Shown here in pieces: positions 38,688-51,677 of a stretch of 64,000 nt of DNA; the stretch's first letter is position 1, and the number at the start of each line of letters is the position of its first letter. The position numbers were made by a program, and so were the translations under genes. Source of the DNA: an uncultured Gemmatimonadales bacterium (GTDB lineage Bacteria > Gemmatimonadota > Gemmatimonadetes > Gemmatimonadales > GWC2-71-9); NCBI GenBank assembly GCA_963748815.1, contig CAVVKJ010000010.1:608001-672000 (forward strand). The letters run 5' to 3'. A model generated the notes under the pieces. That model did not search any database and was not told where the DNA came from. It saw only the letters and a program-made list of their open reading frames with translations.

Positions 38688-40279
38688 GGCCGAATCTCGG
38701 CGAGGCGGAAGCGGACCAGCCCGGCGGTCGTCGCGACCCAGAGGTAATCCACGTCGATGGCCAGATCGAGCGGGAGCCCCGGCAGGTCGCCACCCACGCC
38801 GAGGGGGCGGACCGGCGTGCCCTCCAGGCGGGTCCAGCCGACGCCGAGGTCGCCAGCCACCCAGAGCCCGTCCCCGTCGACGATGAGCCGCCGGAGCGGG
38901 CCCACCACGCCGGAAATCGGCGCGCCGAGCACCCAGCGAGCCTCGCCCGGCACCCTCCAGACGAACTGATCACTCGTGACCCCCACGAGTGTGTCGCCCA
39001 TCCAGGCGAAGTCGTAGATGGTACGCCCGAAGGCCGCCGATTCCTCGACCGACGCGGGCAGGAACAGGCTGGGTCGGTCTGCGAGGGCTCCGCGGGGGCC
39101 ATTCGGGGTGCCGACCCACACGGTATCGGGACCGATGGCCACGGCGCCGACCGAGCCGGCGTAGTCTGGCGCGAGCCGCTCTCCGCCGGTGGTATCGACA
39201 AATCGGGCCAACCCCCGCTGGGTCCCGGCGACCACCACGCCCCGTCGCGTGGCCAGCGCCGTTACCCGCCGGTCGGGGAGTCCGGACGTCTCCGTGTAGG
39301 CGGCAAACTCGGTCGGGTTCTCCGAGTCGAACCGGAGCAGGCCACCATCGGTAGCGGCCCAGACCGCCGGACCGACGCCGATCAGCCGGCGTCCGCGCGT
39401 GAACGGAAGCCCCGTGGCTGACGGCCCGGCAAAGACCCTGAACTCCGTGAGGTCGCTCGCCACGAAGTTGAGCGCGGAGGGCGCCGTCTCGCCCCGATCG
39501 GTCAGGGCCCACACGCCGCCCGGCACGGCGTAGAGCGCGCCGACGACCGATCCCGGAAGTCCAAAGGTGAGCCGCTGCGGAACCACCATGCCGTCGGGTA
39601 CGAAGAGCGCGCCGACGCCATCGCTGCCGAGATACCAGCCGAGGTTGTCGAACGATCGTGCCGCGGACGTCAGGCGGGCGTTTCGAAGCGAGGGATCGAG
39701 CAGGAACGCCGATGCGCTGCCACCGAGCGCCGGGTTCGAGGCGATGGCCTGCGCCACGGTGGCCGGCCGGACCGGCCGGATCGGGGGCGCGGAGGGAAAG
39801 GCGTTGAATCCGCCACGTGGCACCTTCGCCCAACCCGAGGCGGTTCGCAGGAAGAGTCCGTCATAGGGCGCGGCGAGATCGAAGGCAAAGTCGAGAAGCC
39901 GGCCGTCGGCATCTCCACGCTCCCAGATGCGCAGGTCCGGCTGGAAATGCACCCAGCCGTCGACGGTCGCGAGCCAGAGGCTGTTATCGAGCGGATCGAT
40001 CATGCCCGCCGTGACTCGCTCAAGCGCGCCCGCGACCGGCGGGTCGTACGGGCCGTCCCAGCGGCGGAGCAACGGGCTCCACGAGAGAACCGCGTCCGGG
40101 GAGACCACGAACACCCGCTCAGGCCCGGCGGCGACGGCCCGGATACGGGTCCAATCCCCGATGACCACCCGGTCTCCGGGCCGCCAGTTCCGCGACACCT
40201 GGGCGGGGAGCACGGACACGACGCCGCAGAGCAGGAGCGAGAGGGAGGAGGTCAAGCGCATGGGGGTAAGGTACCGCAT
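38684..40279 (-). CDS. Secreted beta-propeller hypothetical protein
   Basis: Signal peptide; repeated xWxAT/GT..G blades. Confidence 0.65.
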   Translation of the reverse strand: MRYLTPMRLTSSLSLLLCGVVSVLPAQVSRNWRPGDRVVIGDWTRIRAVAAGPERVFVVSPDAVLSWSPLLRRWDGPYDPPVAGALERVTAGMIDPLDNSLWLATVDGWVHFQPDLRIWERGDADGRLLDFAFDLAAPYDGLFLRTASGWAKVPRGGFNAFPSAPPIRPVRPATVAQAIASNPALGGSASAFLLDPSLRNARLTSAARSFDNLGWYLGSDGVGALFVPDGMVVPQRLTFGLPGSVVGALYAVPGGVWALTDRGETAPSALNFVASDLTEFRVFAGPSATGLPFTRGRRLIGVGPAVWAATDGGLLRFDSENPTEFAAYTETSGLPDRRVTALATRRGVVVAGTQRGLARFVDTTGGERLAPDYAGSVGAVAIGPDTVWVGTPNGPRGALADRPSLFLPASVEESAAFGRTIYDFAWMGDTLVGVTSDQFVWRVPGEARWVLGAPISGVVGPLRRLIVDGDGLWVAGDLGVGWTRLEGTPVRPLGVGGDLPGLPLDLAIDVDYLWVATTAGLVRFRLAEIRP

Positions 40280-40306
40280 TCGTGGACGGCCGGCGCCGAG
40301 CCCTGC

Positions 40307-41866
40307 TCAGGCTCGGGGTCGCTCGAGTTCCAGCAGAATCGGCGGGGTGACACGCGGTGGACTGCTGCGAAGCAGCGTCCAGGCGCGCCAGAGATCAGGG
40401 AGGGCGTTCACGACGTCCATCGGCCGCATCGCCCGCGCGGTGTGCCGTCGCGCGGCCAGCTCCCCCGCCCGGCCGAGCGCCTGGGCGGCGAAGGCGGCGG
40501 CGCGATCTCCCGGCAGCCCCGCGCCGAGCATCGCCCCGCAAATGCCCGCCAGGAGGTCTCCGCTGCCACCGGTGGCCAGCCCCGGCCCGCCCGCCCCGAT
40601 GGTGCGGGACGCATGCCCGGCGCGAGCCACCACGGATGGAACCCCCTTCAGGAGCACCGTGGCGCCGGTCTCGGCTGCGGCAGACTCGGCGGCCCCCCAG
40701 GGGTCGGTGTCCAGCGACCCGGCCAGATGCGGAAAGAGGGAGCGAAACTCGCCGGGATGCGGAGTCAGGACGAGGTCGCGGCCTGCGGCGATTTCCCGTA
40801 GCCGGGGGAGCGCACCCTGGAACGCGGCGAGCCCATCGGCGTCCAGCACGGCGGCGCGGCAACCGTGGAGCACCGCAGCGACCAGCTCGACGGCTCCCGC
40901 CGCCCTTCCGAGCCCCGGGCCGACGATCACGGCGTCTGCCGCGCGCACCAGGGCGAGCAGTTCATCCCCTGGCGGACCGTCGAGGGGGTGGGCGCGGAAC
41001 TGCAGGTCCGGCTCCGCCCCCGCCAGGGCCGCGACGGTTTCCCCGGGGCCCACGGCGTAGACGAGCCCCGCCCCGGAGGCAAACGCGGCCCGCCCCGCCA
41101 TCCGCAACGCCCCGCTCATGCCGGTGTTGCCACCGACCACCACCACCCGGCCCCGGTCGCCCTTGTGTGCACGAGCCGGGAACGGCGTCAGCCATTCGGC
41201 GGCCAGCGCATCGGTCATCAGCACCGGCCACGAGGGATCCACGGCGGGCAGCCCGATGTCGATGACGACCACATCTCCCACCTCGTCACGGGCGAGGAGG
41301 TGCCCCCGCCGAGGCGCGCCGAAGGTGATCGAAAGTTCGGCGCCCGCGGGGCCCCAGGCCGCGCCGGTGAGCAAGTCGACACCCGTCGGCCCATCAAGCG
41401 CAATCATCGGCACGCGCAAGTCGCGGAGGCGTTCCATCAGGGCGGCGGCCGGCCCACGCGGAGCCCCGGACGCGCCGGTGCCGAGCACGGCGTCCACCGC
41501 AAGCGCCACGGTCGGCCATGGGCCGTCGGGCGACACCTGCCGGACGCCCTCGGCGAGGGCGATATCGCGAACCTGCGCGTTGAGGGAGGAAGGTGCGCCG
41601 GGAAGCGGCGCGACCCAGACGGGGATGTCGTGCGTGTGCAGGGTGCGGGCGAGGACCCATCCGTCGCCACCGTTGTTGCCGGTTCCCGAGGCGACCAGGA
41701 CGCCGCCGGACAGCGAAGGCCCGAACCGGGCCGCGATGACCGCCGCGCACCCCCGGCCCGCGGCGTCCATCAGCGTCGCGACCGCGATGCCTGCCGCCTC
41801 GGCACGGCGGTCCCACTCGGCGGATTGCTCGGGGGTGAGTACGGGGATGTGCATTATCAATTCCAC
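40307..41866 (-). CDS. nnr: Bifunctional NAD(P)HX epimerase/dehydratase
   Basis: GNNGGDG, HKGDRG, TPHPGEF and LATGGSGD motifs. Confidence 0.92.
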   Translation of the reverse strand: MELIMHIPVLTPEQSAEWDRRAEAAGIAVATLMDAAGRGCAAVIAARFGPSLSGGVLVASGTGNNGGDGWVLARTLHTHDIPVWVAPLPGAPSSLNAQVRDIALAEGVRQVSPDGPWPTVALAVDAVLGTGASGAPRGPAAALMERLRDLRVPMIALDGPTGVDLLTGAAWGPAGAELSITFGAPRRGHLLARDEVGDVVVIDIGLPAVDPSWPVLMTDALAAEWLTPFPARAHKGDRGRVVVVGGNTGMSGALRMAGRAAFASGAGLVYAVGPGETVAALAGAEPDLQFRAHPLDGPPGDELLALVRAADAVIVGPGLGRAAGAVELVAAVLHGCRAAVLDADGLAAFQGALPRLREIAAGRDLVLTPHPGEFRSLFPHLAGSLDTDPWGAAESAAAETGATVLLKGVPSVVARAGHASRTIGAGGPGLATGGSGDLLAGICGAMLGAGLPGDRAAAFAAQALGRAGELAARRHTARAMRPMDVVNALPDLWRAWTLLRSSPPRVTPPILLELERPRA

Positions 41867-41868
41867 AG

Positions 41869-41939
41869 GAGGACGTGGGGCCGGCCATCAGAGCCTGCCA
41901 TCGCGCACCGTCACCCAAAGGCAACGGCCCCACGTCCTC
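41869..41939. repeat. 15-bp perfect inverted repeat, intergenic
   Basis: GAGGACGTGGGGCCG..N41..CGGCCCCACGTCCTC. Confidence 0.75.
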
Positions 41940-41946
41940 AGGCCCC

Positions 41947-42141
41947 CTACTTGAATGACTGACCTATGACCCGGCCGAACGAAATCTCACCGTTGTCGAT
42001 CCGCAGGTTGAACCCGCATTCCGGATTGGTGCAGACCCAGGCCTTGTAGGTGATCGGCGCACCCTCACGGCCGTAATCGGAGAGCGGGATCAGCTTTCCA
42101 TTGGCGCACTTCTGACATGCCGGCCAGTCTTTCCCTTCCAT
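41947..42141 (-). CDS. Small zinc-ribbon protein
   Basis: CQKC..CTNPEC; RBS GGGAGG. Confidence 0.75.
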   Translation of the reverse strand: MEGKDWPACQKCANGKLIPLSDYGREGAPITYKAWVCTNPECGFNLRIDNGEISFGRVIGQSFK

Positions 42142-42155
42142 GAGCCCCTCCCAGG

Positions 42156-42554
42156 CTAGGTCTCGACCTGCTCCGACGCGGCGCCCTTCCAGACGTACCC
42201 CGTCCGAAACGCCTCCGCGAAGTCGTACACATCGATGAAGTCCGCGGCGGAATCACCGGGCTGCGCCACGAGCAGCCCCGCCTCCACCAGCGCGAACACC
42301 ACGCGGCCCACCGCGTCGGTGGAGGTGATGCCCCAGTGCGCGAGCACCGACGGCGCGAGCAGCCCGAACTGCTCCCAGGCGAGATCGCGGCAGGCCCAGG
42401 CGACCTCGGTGCCGGCGAGATGCCGGCGCGCCGGCAACCGGGACTGCACATGCTCGATGGCGCCGAGCACGAAGAGATAGGCCCGTTCGTCGAACTGCCC
42501 GCCCCGCGAGCGGATGCGGGTCAGCACGTCGGCGACGAACGTGAGGTCGTTCAC
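42156..42554 (-). CDS. Minf_1886-like conserved protein
   Basis: AYLFVL..RHL.G.E..FGLLA..VL.HWGI..D.G..VF.LV pattern. Confidence 0.75.
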   Translation of the reverse strand: MNDLTFVADVLTRIRSRGGQFDERAYLFVLGAIEHVQSRLPARRHLAGTEVAWACRDLAWEQFGLLAPSVLAHWGITSTDAVGRVVFALVEAGLLVAQPGDSAADFIDVYDFAEAFRTGYVWKGAASEQVET

Positions 42555-43810
42555 GCGCGCTCGACCTGGTAGAGCGGGAAGGCGCGGGCCAGCGCCTCGA
42601 CGTCGCCCCGCACCTTCTCGATCGTCGCGTCGTCCTGCCCGACGATTACCCGGTCGATCAGGGTGGCGATGCGCTTCATCTCGGCCGTGCCCATGCCCCG
42701 CGTCGTGAGCGCCGGCGTGCCGAGCCGGATGCCGCTGGTCACGAACGGCGACTGCGGGTCGTCCGGAATCGTGTTCTTGTTGACGGTGATGCCCGCGCGG
42801 TCGAGCAGCTGCTCGGCGAGCTTGCCCGTCAGCCCCTTGGGACGGAGGTCCACGAGCATCAGGTGCGAATCCGTGCCGCCGGAGACGATGTCGAACCCGC
42901 GGCCCTGCAGCGCGACGGCGAGGGTCTTGGCGTTCTCGACCACCTTGCGCGCATAGACCCGGAAGCCGGGCTCCAGCACCTCGCCGAAGGCGACCGCCTT
43001 GGCGGCGATGACGTGCATCAGCGGGCCGCCCTGGTGCCCGGGAAAGACCGACTTGTCCACCTGCTTGGCGAGCGCCTCGCCGCAGAGGATCATCCCGCCG
43101 CGCGGGCCGCGGAGCGTCTTGTGCGTGGTGCTGGTGGTGACGTCGGCGTGCGGCACCGGCGAGGGATAGACGCCGCCGGCCACGAGCCCCGAGAAGTGGG
43201 ACATGTCGACCAGCAGGAACGCCTCGATTTCGTCCGCGATGCTCCGAAACGCCTCGAAGTCGATGATCCGGGCATAGGCGCTGCCGCCCGCGATGATCAG
43301 CTTGGGGCGCTCGCGCCGGGCCTGGTCGCGCACCGCGTCGTAGTCGATGAGCCCGGTGGCGGGGTCCACGCCGTACTGGACCGCACGGAAGATCATCCCG
43401 CTGTGGTTGACCGACGCGCCGTGCGTCAGGTGCCCGCCATGCGGCAGGGACATGCCCATCAGGAGATCGCCCGGCGCAATGAGGGCCATGTACGCCGCGA
43501 GGTTGGCCTGCGCACCGCTGTGCGGCTGCACGTTGGCGTGGCCCGCGCCGAAGATCCGCTTGGCCCGCTCGATGGCCAGCCGCTCAACTTCGTCCACCAC
43601 CTCGCACCCGCCGTAGTACCGGCGCCCGGGGTACCCTTCGGCGTACTTGTTGGTCAGCGGCGTGCCCATCGCGTCGATAACGGCCCGGCTCGCGAAGTTC
43701 TCACTGGCGATCAGCTCCAGGCCGTCCCGCTGGCGGCGCAGCTCGCGGTCCACGATCGCGGCAACGGCCGGGTCGGCCTCCCGCAGGCCGGCGGTATTGT
43801 GGCGACTCAC
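42551..43810 (-). CDS. glyA: Serine hydroxymethyltransferase
   Basis: [15 protein letters not shown] and [12 protein letters not shown] motifs. Confidence 0.97.
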   Translation of the reverse strand: MSRHNTAGLREADPAVAAIVDRELRRQRDGLELIASENFASRAVIDAMGTPLTNKYAEGYPGRRYYGGCEVVDEVERLAIERAKRIFGAGHANVQPHSGAQANLAAYMALIAPGDLLMGMSLPHGGHLTHGASVNHSGMIFRAVQYGVDPATGLIDYDAVRDQARRERPKLIIAGGSAYARIIDFEAFRSIADEIEAFLLVDMSHFSGLVAGGVYPSPVPHADVTTSTTHKTLRGPRGGMILCGEALAKQVDKSVFPGHQGGPLMHVIAAKAVAFGEVLEPGFRVYARKVVENAKTLAVALQGRGFDIVSGGTDSHLMLVDLRPKGLTGKLAEQLLDRAGITVNKNTIPDDPQSPFVTSGIRLGTPALTTRGMGTAEMKRIATLIDRVIVGQDDATIEKVRGDVEALARAFPLYQVERA

Positions 43811-44253
43811 GTCCCCTCCCCTTCCTCGATCTTGGCGACCCGACGACTGTGCCGGCCACCGGCGAACGGCGTCGCGAGCCAGCGCTTGAGAATGTCCACG
43901 CTCTCGTCCTCGCTCAGGCAGCGCGCCGGCAGGACGAGCACATTGGAATCGTTGTGCTCCCGCGAGAGCTCCGCGACCTCCGGATTCCACGCCACCGCCG
44001 CCCGCACGCCATGGTGCCGGTTGGCGGCATAGGACATTCCGAGCCCGGTTCCGCAGAGCAGGATGCCGCGCTGCACCTCGCCGCGTTCCACCTTCTCCGC
44101 GAGCGGGTGGGCAAAGTCAGGATAGTCGACCGACTCGGTGCTGTCGGTGCCCATGTCGAGCGGCGCGTACCCGAGCGCGGTCAACTCGCGCTTGAGCCGC
44201 TCCTTGAGCTCGACGCCGGCGTGGTCGGATGCGATGGGGATGATTTCTGGCAT
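43807..44253 (-). CDS. rpiB: Ribose 5-phosphate isomerase B
   Basis: SDHAG, VDYPD, CGTGLG, HNDSN and GGRH motifs. Confidence 0.95.
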   Translation of the reverse strand: MPEIIPIASDHAGVELKERLKRELTALGYAPLDMGTDSTESVDYPDFAHPLAEKVERGEVQRGILLCGTGLGMSYAANRHHGVRAAVAWNPEVAELSREHNDSNVLVLPARCLSEDESVDILKRWLATPFAGGRHSRRVAKIEEGEGT

Positions 44254-44266
44254 GTAGGGCAACATA

Positions 44267-44327
44267 GCGGGGACGCGGGGACGCGGGGAAGCGGGAAAGC
44301 CCCCTCCCCGCTTCCCCGCTTTCCCGC
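44267..44327. repeat. Inverted arrays of 8-mer tandem repeats (GCGGGGAM / YTCCCCGC)
   Basis: Four 8-mers followed by three complementary 8-mers; could form a hairpin between the Leu dehydrogenase gene and rpiB. Confidence 0.7.
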
Positions 44328-45389
<1,062 letters not shown>

Positions 45390-45456
45390 GGCGGCGCTCA
45401 CTGGGAAATGGCGGTTGAAGGACGGGCGCGGAAGGTCCGGCCGGTCGTCGATGGCG

Positions 45457-46359
45457 TCACTTGGTGTACTCGTAGAACCCGCGGCCGCTCTTCCGGCCGA
45501 GGTGCCCCGCCGCGACCATGCGGCGGAGCAACGGACAGGCCCGGTACTTGTCGTCTCCCAGGCCTCGATGCAGCACTTCCAGGATGGCGAGGCAGACGTC
45601 CAGCCGATGAAGCGGACCCCGATGCAGCACTTCCAGGATGGCGAGGCAGACGTCCAGCCCGATGAAGTCGGCCAGGGCCAGCGGCCCCATCGGATGGGCC
45701 ATCCCCAGCTTCATCACCGTGTCGATCGACTCGGGCGTGGCCACTCCCTCCATCACGCAGAAGATCGCCTCGTTGATCATCGGCATCAGCACCCGGTTGG
45801 ACACGAACCCGGGATAGTCGTTCACCTCGACCGGCGTCTTGCCGAGCGATCGCGAAGTTTCCATCGTCCACTCGGCGGTCGCATCGGTGGTCGAATGGCC
45901 CCGGATGACCTCGACGAGCTGCATGACCGGCACCGGATTCATGAAGTGCATCCCGATGACCTGGCCGGGGCGCCTGGTGCGCGCGGCAATTTCGGTGATG
46001 GAGATGGAACTGGTGTTGGTGGCGAGGATCGCCTCGGGCTTCGCGATCCGGTCGAGCTGTTCGAAGAGGGCAAACTTGATGTCGGGCCTCTCGGAGGCCG
46101 CCTCGACCACGACATCGGCCGCGGCGGCCGCCTCGAGGGACAGGTGCCCGGCAATGCGGCCCATCACCTCGTCGGCGTGCGCCGCCGTCAGCGTCCCTTT
46201 CTTGACCTGCCGGTCCAGGTTGCCCCGGATGGTGGCCAGGCCCCGGTCCAGCGCCGGTTGGGCCACGTCGATGAGGGCCACCTGCCAGCCGTGCTGTGAA
46301 AAGACGTGGGCAATGCCGTTCCCCATGGTCCCGGCTCCCACGACCGCTGCGCGCTTCAT
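45457..46359 (-). CDS. hbd: 3-hydroxybutyryl-CoA dehydrogenase (contains a 54-bp internal duplication)
   Basis: [25 protein letters not shown] and HPMGP motifs. Confidence 0.93.
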   Translation of the reverse strand: MKRAAVVGAGTMGNGIAHVFSQHGWQVALIDVAQPALDRGLATIRGNLDRQVKKGTLTAAHADEVMGRIAGHLSLEAAAAADVVVEAASERPDIKFALFEQLDRIAKPEAILATNTSSISITEIAARTRRPGQVIGMHFMNPVPVMQLVEVIRGHSTTDATAEWTMETSRSLGKTPVEVNDYPGFVSNRVLMPMINEAIFCVMEGVATPESIDTVMKLGMAHPMGPLALADFIGLDVCLAILEVLHRGPLHRLDVCLAILEVLHRGLGDDKYRACPLLRRMVAAGHLGRKSGRGFYEYTK

Positions 46360-47243
46360 GCCGCCCCCTCCCCCTTCGGTATCCAGCGTGACACGAGAAT
46401 GATGGCGCCGATCGTGGCCACCGAGGCCAGGATCCCGCCTTCCGGGCCGAAGGCGCCGCCGCTGACCCACGCGGGCCCGCCCGGATTGTACTCGAGCAGC
46501 GGAATCGCGAGCGGCAGCCCGCTGACCGGAGCGCCGAGCGCCGCGAGCGAGAGGTTCCACCCGAGGTGCGCCCCCCACGCGGCCCAGATTCCGCCCGGAC
46601 TGAAGAACACCGCGCCGAGCAGCATCCCCGCGAGGCTGATGTTGGCCAGTCCCAGCAGGGTGGCGTCCGGGTTGCCCAGGTGCGCGAGCCCGAACAGCAG
46701 GGAGGTGGCCACGACCGCCTGCCACCGGCCGATGACTCCCGCCAGCAGGACCAGCGGCACCCCGCGAAAGATGATCTCCTCGCTCAGCGCCGGGAGGCTG
46801 AGTGCCGCGGCGGTCAGGCCGGCGGAGCGGAGCCAGCCGAGGAAAGTCCCTTCCCCGGTCGTCCAGCTCGCGCCGGCGACCGCCAGCCCGAGCACCATGG
46901 CCAGCGCCGCGGAGGCGCCCCCGACACCGAAGCCGCGACCGAACCACCGCCCCCGGGGCGCCGTTCCCGCCCAGCGGAGTTCCTCCCAGGTCCGGCCCAC
47001 GACCCGGTGGCCGATGTGATAGGTCGCGATGCCGAAGCCGACGATCAATCCAGCGCCCTGCACCATCGCCTGCAGGAGTCCCGCGGCGCCGAACCAGTTC
47101 GGGTCGACCTCCCCCGTGACCACCGCGCCAATCCCGACCGCGGCCACGAGTCCAATCGCGAACCCTTCTACGCCAAAGGCGATCGACCAGCCGATCGCCT
47201 TGAGCACGCCCTTCCAGCCGCTGCCGATTTCGCGGCGACTCAA
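46356..47243 (-). CDS. CPBP (Abi/CAAX) family intramembrane metalloprotease
   Basis: EEIIFRG, FGLAH and HLGWN motifs. Confidence 0.88.
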   Translation of the reverse strand: MSRREIGSGWKGVLKAIGWSIAFGVEGFAIGLVAAVGIGAVVTGEVDPNWFGAAGLLQAMVQGAGLIVGFGIATYHIGHRVVGRTWEELRWAGTAPRGRWFGRGFGVGGASAALAMVLGLAVAGASWTTGEGTFLGWLRSAGLTAAALSLPALSEEIIFRGVPLVLLAGVIGRWQAVVATSLLFGLAHLGNPDATLLGLANISLAGMLLGAVFFSPGGIWAAWGAHLGWNLSLAALGAPVSGLPLAIPLLEYNPGGPAWVSGGAFGPEGGILASVATIGAIILVSRWIPKGEGAA

Positions 47244-47809
47244 AGCAGCGTGGCCAGCTTCGGTGAAATCCGTGACACCAGCGCCGCCGCAAGCGTTGCC
47301 TTGATGAGGCCCATCGGCAGGAACGGCAGCGAGCCCAGGGCAAAGGCCGTCGCCGGATCACCGGTGAGGATGGCCAGCTGCGCGACGCCGCCGGCGTGGA
47401 TGATCACCAGGCCGAGGAACGCACCCAGGAGCGCGCGTCCAAACCCGCCGCGCCGGGCGACGCTTCCCATGATCAGGGCGGCCACCGGAAAGGCGAGAAG
47501 GTATCCGCCGGTCGGGCCGAGGAGCCACGCGATGCCGGACGCGCCGCCCGAGAAGACCGGCAGGCCGGCAATGCCGAGGCCGAGGTACGCGATGAGCGCC
47601 GCGACGCCGGCTACGGGGCCCAGCAATCCGCCGACCGTCAGCACCGCCAGGTCCTGCAGGGTGACAGGCACCGGCGTCATGGGCAGCGGGATGCGCACCT
47701 GCGCGGCCACGGCCACGACGAGGGCCCCGATCGCGATGGCGAGGACGCGACGTCCGGTGGACGACACGGGAGCGGCGACGAGGGCCGGCGTTTCGGTCTG
47801 GCTGATCAC
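47240..47809 (-). CDS. bioY: Biotin transporter BioY
   Basis: [16 protein letters not shown] and GPTGGYL motifs. Confidence 0.92.
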   Translation of the reverse strand: MISQTETPALVAAPVSSTGRRVLAIAIGALVVAVAAQVRIPLPMTPVPVTLQDLAVLTVGGLLGPVAGVAALIAYLGLGIAGLPVFSGGASGIAWLLGPTGGYLLAFPVAALIMGSVARRGGFGRALLGAFLGLVIIHAGGVAQLAILTGDPATAFALGSLPFLPMGLIKATLAAALVSRISPKLATLL

Positions 47810-48993
47810 ATTGCCTCCACGCTGAGCGCCACGGCGTTGCCGCCACCGAGGCAAAGGGTTGCGAGACCTGTCCCGACGCCGCGGTCCTTCATGGCGTAGA
47901 GCAAGGTGGTGAGTACCCGGGCACCGGAGGCGCCGATCGGGTGGCCGAGGGCCACCGCGCCGCCCCGGACGTTGACGCGGCTCCAGTCCCAGCCGAGGGC
48001 CCGGCCGTCGGCCAGCGCCTGCACGGCGAAGGCCTCGTTGGCCTCGATCAGGCCGTAGTTGCCGATGGTGGCCCCGGTCTTCTTCATGAGGTTCTGCACG
48101 GCCAGGATCGGGGCGAAGAAGAGGTCCTTCGGGTCGCCGCCGCCGGTGGCGTAGCCCGTCACCCGCGCGAGCGGCTTCAGGCCGTTCGCCTTGGCGAAGG
48201 CGAGGGAGGTGACGACCAGCGCGCTGGCGCCGTCGTTGAGGCCGGGCGCGTTCCCCGCGGTGACGCTGCCGTCCTTCTGGAATACCGGCTTGAGTTTGGC
48301 CAGCGCTTCGAGGTTGGTGTCCTTGCGGGGCGACTCGTCGGTGTCGACGATGGTCGGGCCCTTGCGGCCCGGAATCTCGACCGGCACGATCTCCGCCTTG
48401 AACTCCCCCGCCTCGATGGCGGCGACGGCCTTCTGGTGGCTCTCGAAGGCGAACCGGTCCTGGTCCTCACGCGAGATACCGGCCTTGGTGGCGGTGTACT
48501 CGGCGTAGACACCCATGTGGTTGTCGCCGAAGCTGTCCCAGAGGCCGTCGTGGATCATCCCGTCGACCATCGTCTGGTTGCCCGCCTTGATGCCGTTCCG
48601 CATGCCGTACACGTAATGCGGCGACGCCGACATCGCCTCCTGGCCGCCCGCCACGACGCACTGCGCGTCGCCCGCCTTGATGGATTGGGCGGCGAGCATG
48701 ACCGCCTTCAAGCCGGACCCGCAGACCTTGTTGATGGTCAACGCGGGCACGGCGCCGGGGACGCCGGCGTGGATCATCGCCTGGCGGGCGGTGGCCTGCC
48801 CGGCGCCCCCCTGGAGGACATGGCCCATGATGACCTCGTCCACGGCGCCGGGATCGACGCCGGCGCGCTTCAGCGCCTCCCGAATGACGACGGCCCCGAG
48901 TTGCGGGGCCGACAGGGACGACAGGCCACCGAGATAGCGGCCAATGGGGGTGCGGACGGCGGAGACAAGGACGGGGGTCGTGGAATCGCTCAC
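47806..48993 (-). CDS. atoB: Acetyl-CoA C-acetyltransferase (thiolase)
   Basis: [19 protein letters not shown] and CLGGG motifs. Confidence 0.93.
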   Translation of the reverse strand: MSDSTTPVLVSAVRTPIGRYLGGLSSLSAPQLGAVVIREALKRAGVDPGAVDEVIMGHVLQGGAGQATARQAMIHAGVPGAVPALTINKVCGSGLKAVMLAAQSIKAGDAQCVVAGGQEAMSASPHYVYGMRNGIKAGNQTMVDGMIHDGLWDSFGDNHMGVYAEYTATKAGISREDQDRFAFESHQKAVAAIEAGEFKAEIVPVEIPGRKGPTIVDTDESPRKDTNLEALAKLKPVFQKDGSVTAGNAPGLNDGASALVVTSLAFAKANGLKPLARVTGYATGGGDPKDLFFAPILAVQNLMKKTGATIGNYGLIEANEAFAVQALADGRALGWDWSRVNVRGGAVALGHPIGASGARVLTTLLYAMKDRGVGTGLATLCLGGGNAVALSVEAM

Positions 48994-49065
48994 GGTGCAT
49001 CCGAAAGTTGAAGAAATCGCAGTCCCAAAGATACTCGCCGAGTCAACGCTCCGCGAGGTGAGGGG

Positions 49066-51003
49066 CTAGCCCGCCATCCCGAGCGCCCGTGATCGAATCT
49101 CGTCCGACACGCGCGAGAGAAACTCCCCCACCGCCACCACCTCCTGCTTGTTCCCCGCCCCGCGCACGCGGATGGCCACCGTATCGGCGTCGGCCTCGCG
49201 CTGCCCCACCACCGCCATGTACGGCACCTTGCCGACCTCGCCCTCCCGGATCCGGTAGTTGAGGGTCGAGTTCCCGGCGCTCAGCGTCGCCCGGATCGCC
49301 GGCCGCCCGGAGCCGCGCCACCACCTTCGCCGCCGCCTCGGCCTGCTCGTCGGAAATCGGGAGCACCCGCACCTGCTCCGGCGACAGCCAGAGCGGGAAG
49401 GCGCCCGGCGAAGTGCTCGATGAGGATGGCGATGAACCGCTCGAACGAACCGCACATGGCGCGGTGGATGACGACCGGCCGGTGCTCGGCGTTGTCCTCG
49501 CCCACGTAGCTCAGGTCGAACCGCTCCGGCGCCGCGTAGTCGAGCTGGATGGTGCCCAGCTGCCACTTCCGTCCGATCGAGTCCGACACGTCGAAGTCGA
49601 TCTTCGGCCCGTAGAAGGCGCCGTCGCCCGCCTTCAGCTCGTAGGGCAGCCCGGTGGCCTCGAGCGCGGCACGGAGCGCGCGCCTCCGCGCGGTCCCACA
49701 TCTCGTCGTCGCCGATCCGCTGCTCCGGCCGGGTCGCGAACTTGAGCGTCGCCGTCAGCCCGAACGTCGCGTAGTACCTCGAGGATCATCTGGACGAGGC
49801 GCTGCACCTCGCCCGCGATCTGGTCGGTCCGGCAGGTAGATGTGGCAGTCGTCCTGCTGGAACTGCCGCACGCGCGTCAGCCCGGAGAGCGCGCCCGTGA
49901 CCTCGTTGCGGTGCAGCACGTCGAACGTGGAGTAGCGCACCGGCAGCTCGCGGTACGAGTGCTTCTCGCATGCCGTACAGCAGGTGGTGGACGGGCAGTT
50001 CATCGGCTTCAGGGAGAAGTCGTGCTCGCCCGATCTCGTTGTCGAGCACGAGGAACATGTTCTCGTGGTACTTGCCCCAGTGCCCCGACCGCTCCCAGAG
50101 CCTCTTGTTGTAGAGCAGCGGGGTCTTGATCTCCTGGTAGTCGGCCCGCTGCTGCAGCTCGCGGATGAAGTCGTTCAGCGCGTTGTAGATCGTCGTGCCC
50201 CGGTCGGTCCAGAAGGCGGCGCCGGGGGACGACGGATGGAACATGAAGAGGTCGAGCTCCTTGCCGAGCCGGCGGTGGTCGCGCTTCCGCGCCTCCTCGA
50301 GCCGGTGGAGGTGCGCCGCGAGGTCCTCCTTCTTGAAGCACGCCGTGCCGTAGATCCGCTGCAGCATCTGGCGGCGCTCGTCGCCGCGCCAGTACGCGCC
50401 GGCGCCGTGCAGCAGCTTGAAGTGCTTGAGGCGGCCGGTCGACGGGATGTGCGGGCCCGCGGCAGAGGTCCTGGAAGGGTCCGTCGGTGTAGACGGTGAT
50501 CACCTCGTCGTCGCCGAGCTCGCTGATGCGCTCCAGCTTCAGCGGGTCGTCCGCGAAACGGCGGTTGGCCTCGGCGCGGTCCACCACCTCGCGGCGGAAC
50601 GGGTGATCCCGTCCACCACCTCGGCCATCTTCTGCTCGATGGCGGCGAGGTCCTCGGGCGTGAAGGGGCGCGGGACGTCGAAGTCGTAGTAGAAGCCGTC
50701 CTCGATCGGCGGGCCGAACCCGATGCCGGCGCCGGGAAAGAGCTCCCGCACCGCCGTCGCCATGATGTGCGCGGTGCTGTGGCGGAGCAGCTCGAGCGAA
50801 TCGGCGTCGCGCTCGGTGAGGACGGCAAACGCGGCGTCCCGCTCGATGGGCCGGTCGAGGTCCCAGACCACCCCGTCCACCCGTGCCGCGAGGGCGGCCT
50901 TGGCCAGCCCCGGGCCGATCAGCTGGGCCACCTCGCGGCTCGTGGTGCCCGCGGGGACTTCGCGCACGGAGTCGTCGGGCAGGGTCAGGCGGATCTGCGT
51001 CAT
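49066..51003 (-). CDS. thrS: Threonine--tRNA ligase, broken by many frameshifts in this sequence
   Basis: TGS domain, [38 protein letters not shown] and QLGTIQLD found in successive frames. Confidence 0.9.
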
Positions 51004-51152
51004 GGGGAGGTGTCCTGCATGATCGGCGTCACGATCGGGTCGGCGTGAGGGGCGTAGCGAAAGTAGAGGACGATCCCGCCGAGGATCAGGAGCGCCACGA
51101 AGAGCCAGCGAGCCAGTTCGCGGCCGGGAATCCGGGTGCGTTCGTCGGCCAT
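51000..51152 (-). CDS. 50-aa single-TM protein coupled to thrS (not in ORF track)
   Basis: [54 protein letters not shown] overlap with the thrS start. Confidence 0.65.
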   Translation of the reverse strand: MADERTRIPGRELARWLFVALLILGGIVLYFRYAPHADPIVTPIMQDTSP

Positions 51153-51251
51153 GAGACACCCCGGGAACGAGGGGAGACGATACCTGCGACTTCGCGAGTG
51201 AACGTGTTAACTTAACGCGTCTTAGCCAATATTTGCACAAGGAGCACGCGC

Positions 51252-51677
51252 GTGAAGCGGGAGCGTCTGAGCACGGCGGAAACGCTGGGCTGGTCGGTGG
51301 TCGGTTTCGGGGCGGGACTCGCCGGCGGACTCTGGGCGGCCGGCTGGCTCGGCCGGGTGACCCGCGGGCGCCTGGCCGATGAGGTGCGTTCCATCCGCAC
51401 GCCCGGGGCCACCTCCGCGGTCGCGCTGGCCGGCGCGGTCGAGGCCGCCCTGCAGGCCGACCCGGCGCTGGCCCCGCACGGCCTCACGGCGGTGCCCGTG
51501 ACCCGGGGCACGGTGGAGCTCTGCGGCTGGGTGCCCGACCGGCGCACCCGCGCGCGCGCCGTCCGGCTGGCGGCGCTGGTCGACGGCCTCGACGACCTCA
51601 TCAACAGCATCCTGGTTCGCGGCGAGGACGACTTCGTCGTTCCCACCGAACTGACCCTCGAAGGCCGGTCCGCATGA
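51252..51677 (+). CDS. BON domain protein with N-terminal TM
   Basis: AL.ADP.L..GTVELCG.V..A..V.G...L.N.I BON pattern; RBS AAGGAG. Confidence 0.75.
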   Translation: MKRERLSTAETLGWSVVGFGAGLAGGLWAAGWLGRVTRGRLADEVRSIRTPGATSAVALAGAVEAALQADPALAPHGLTAVPVTRGTVELCGWVPDRRTRARAVRLAALVDGLDDLINSILVRGEDDFVVPTELTLEGRSA

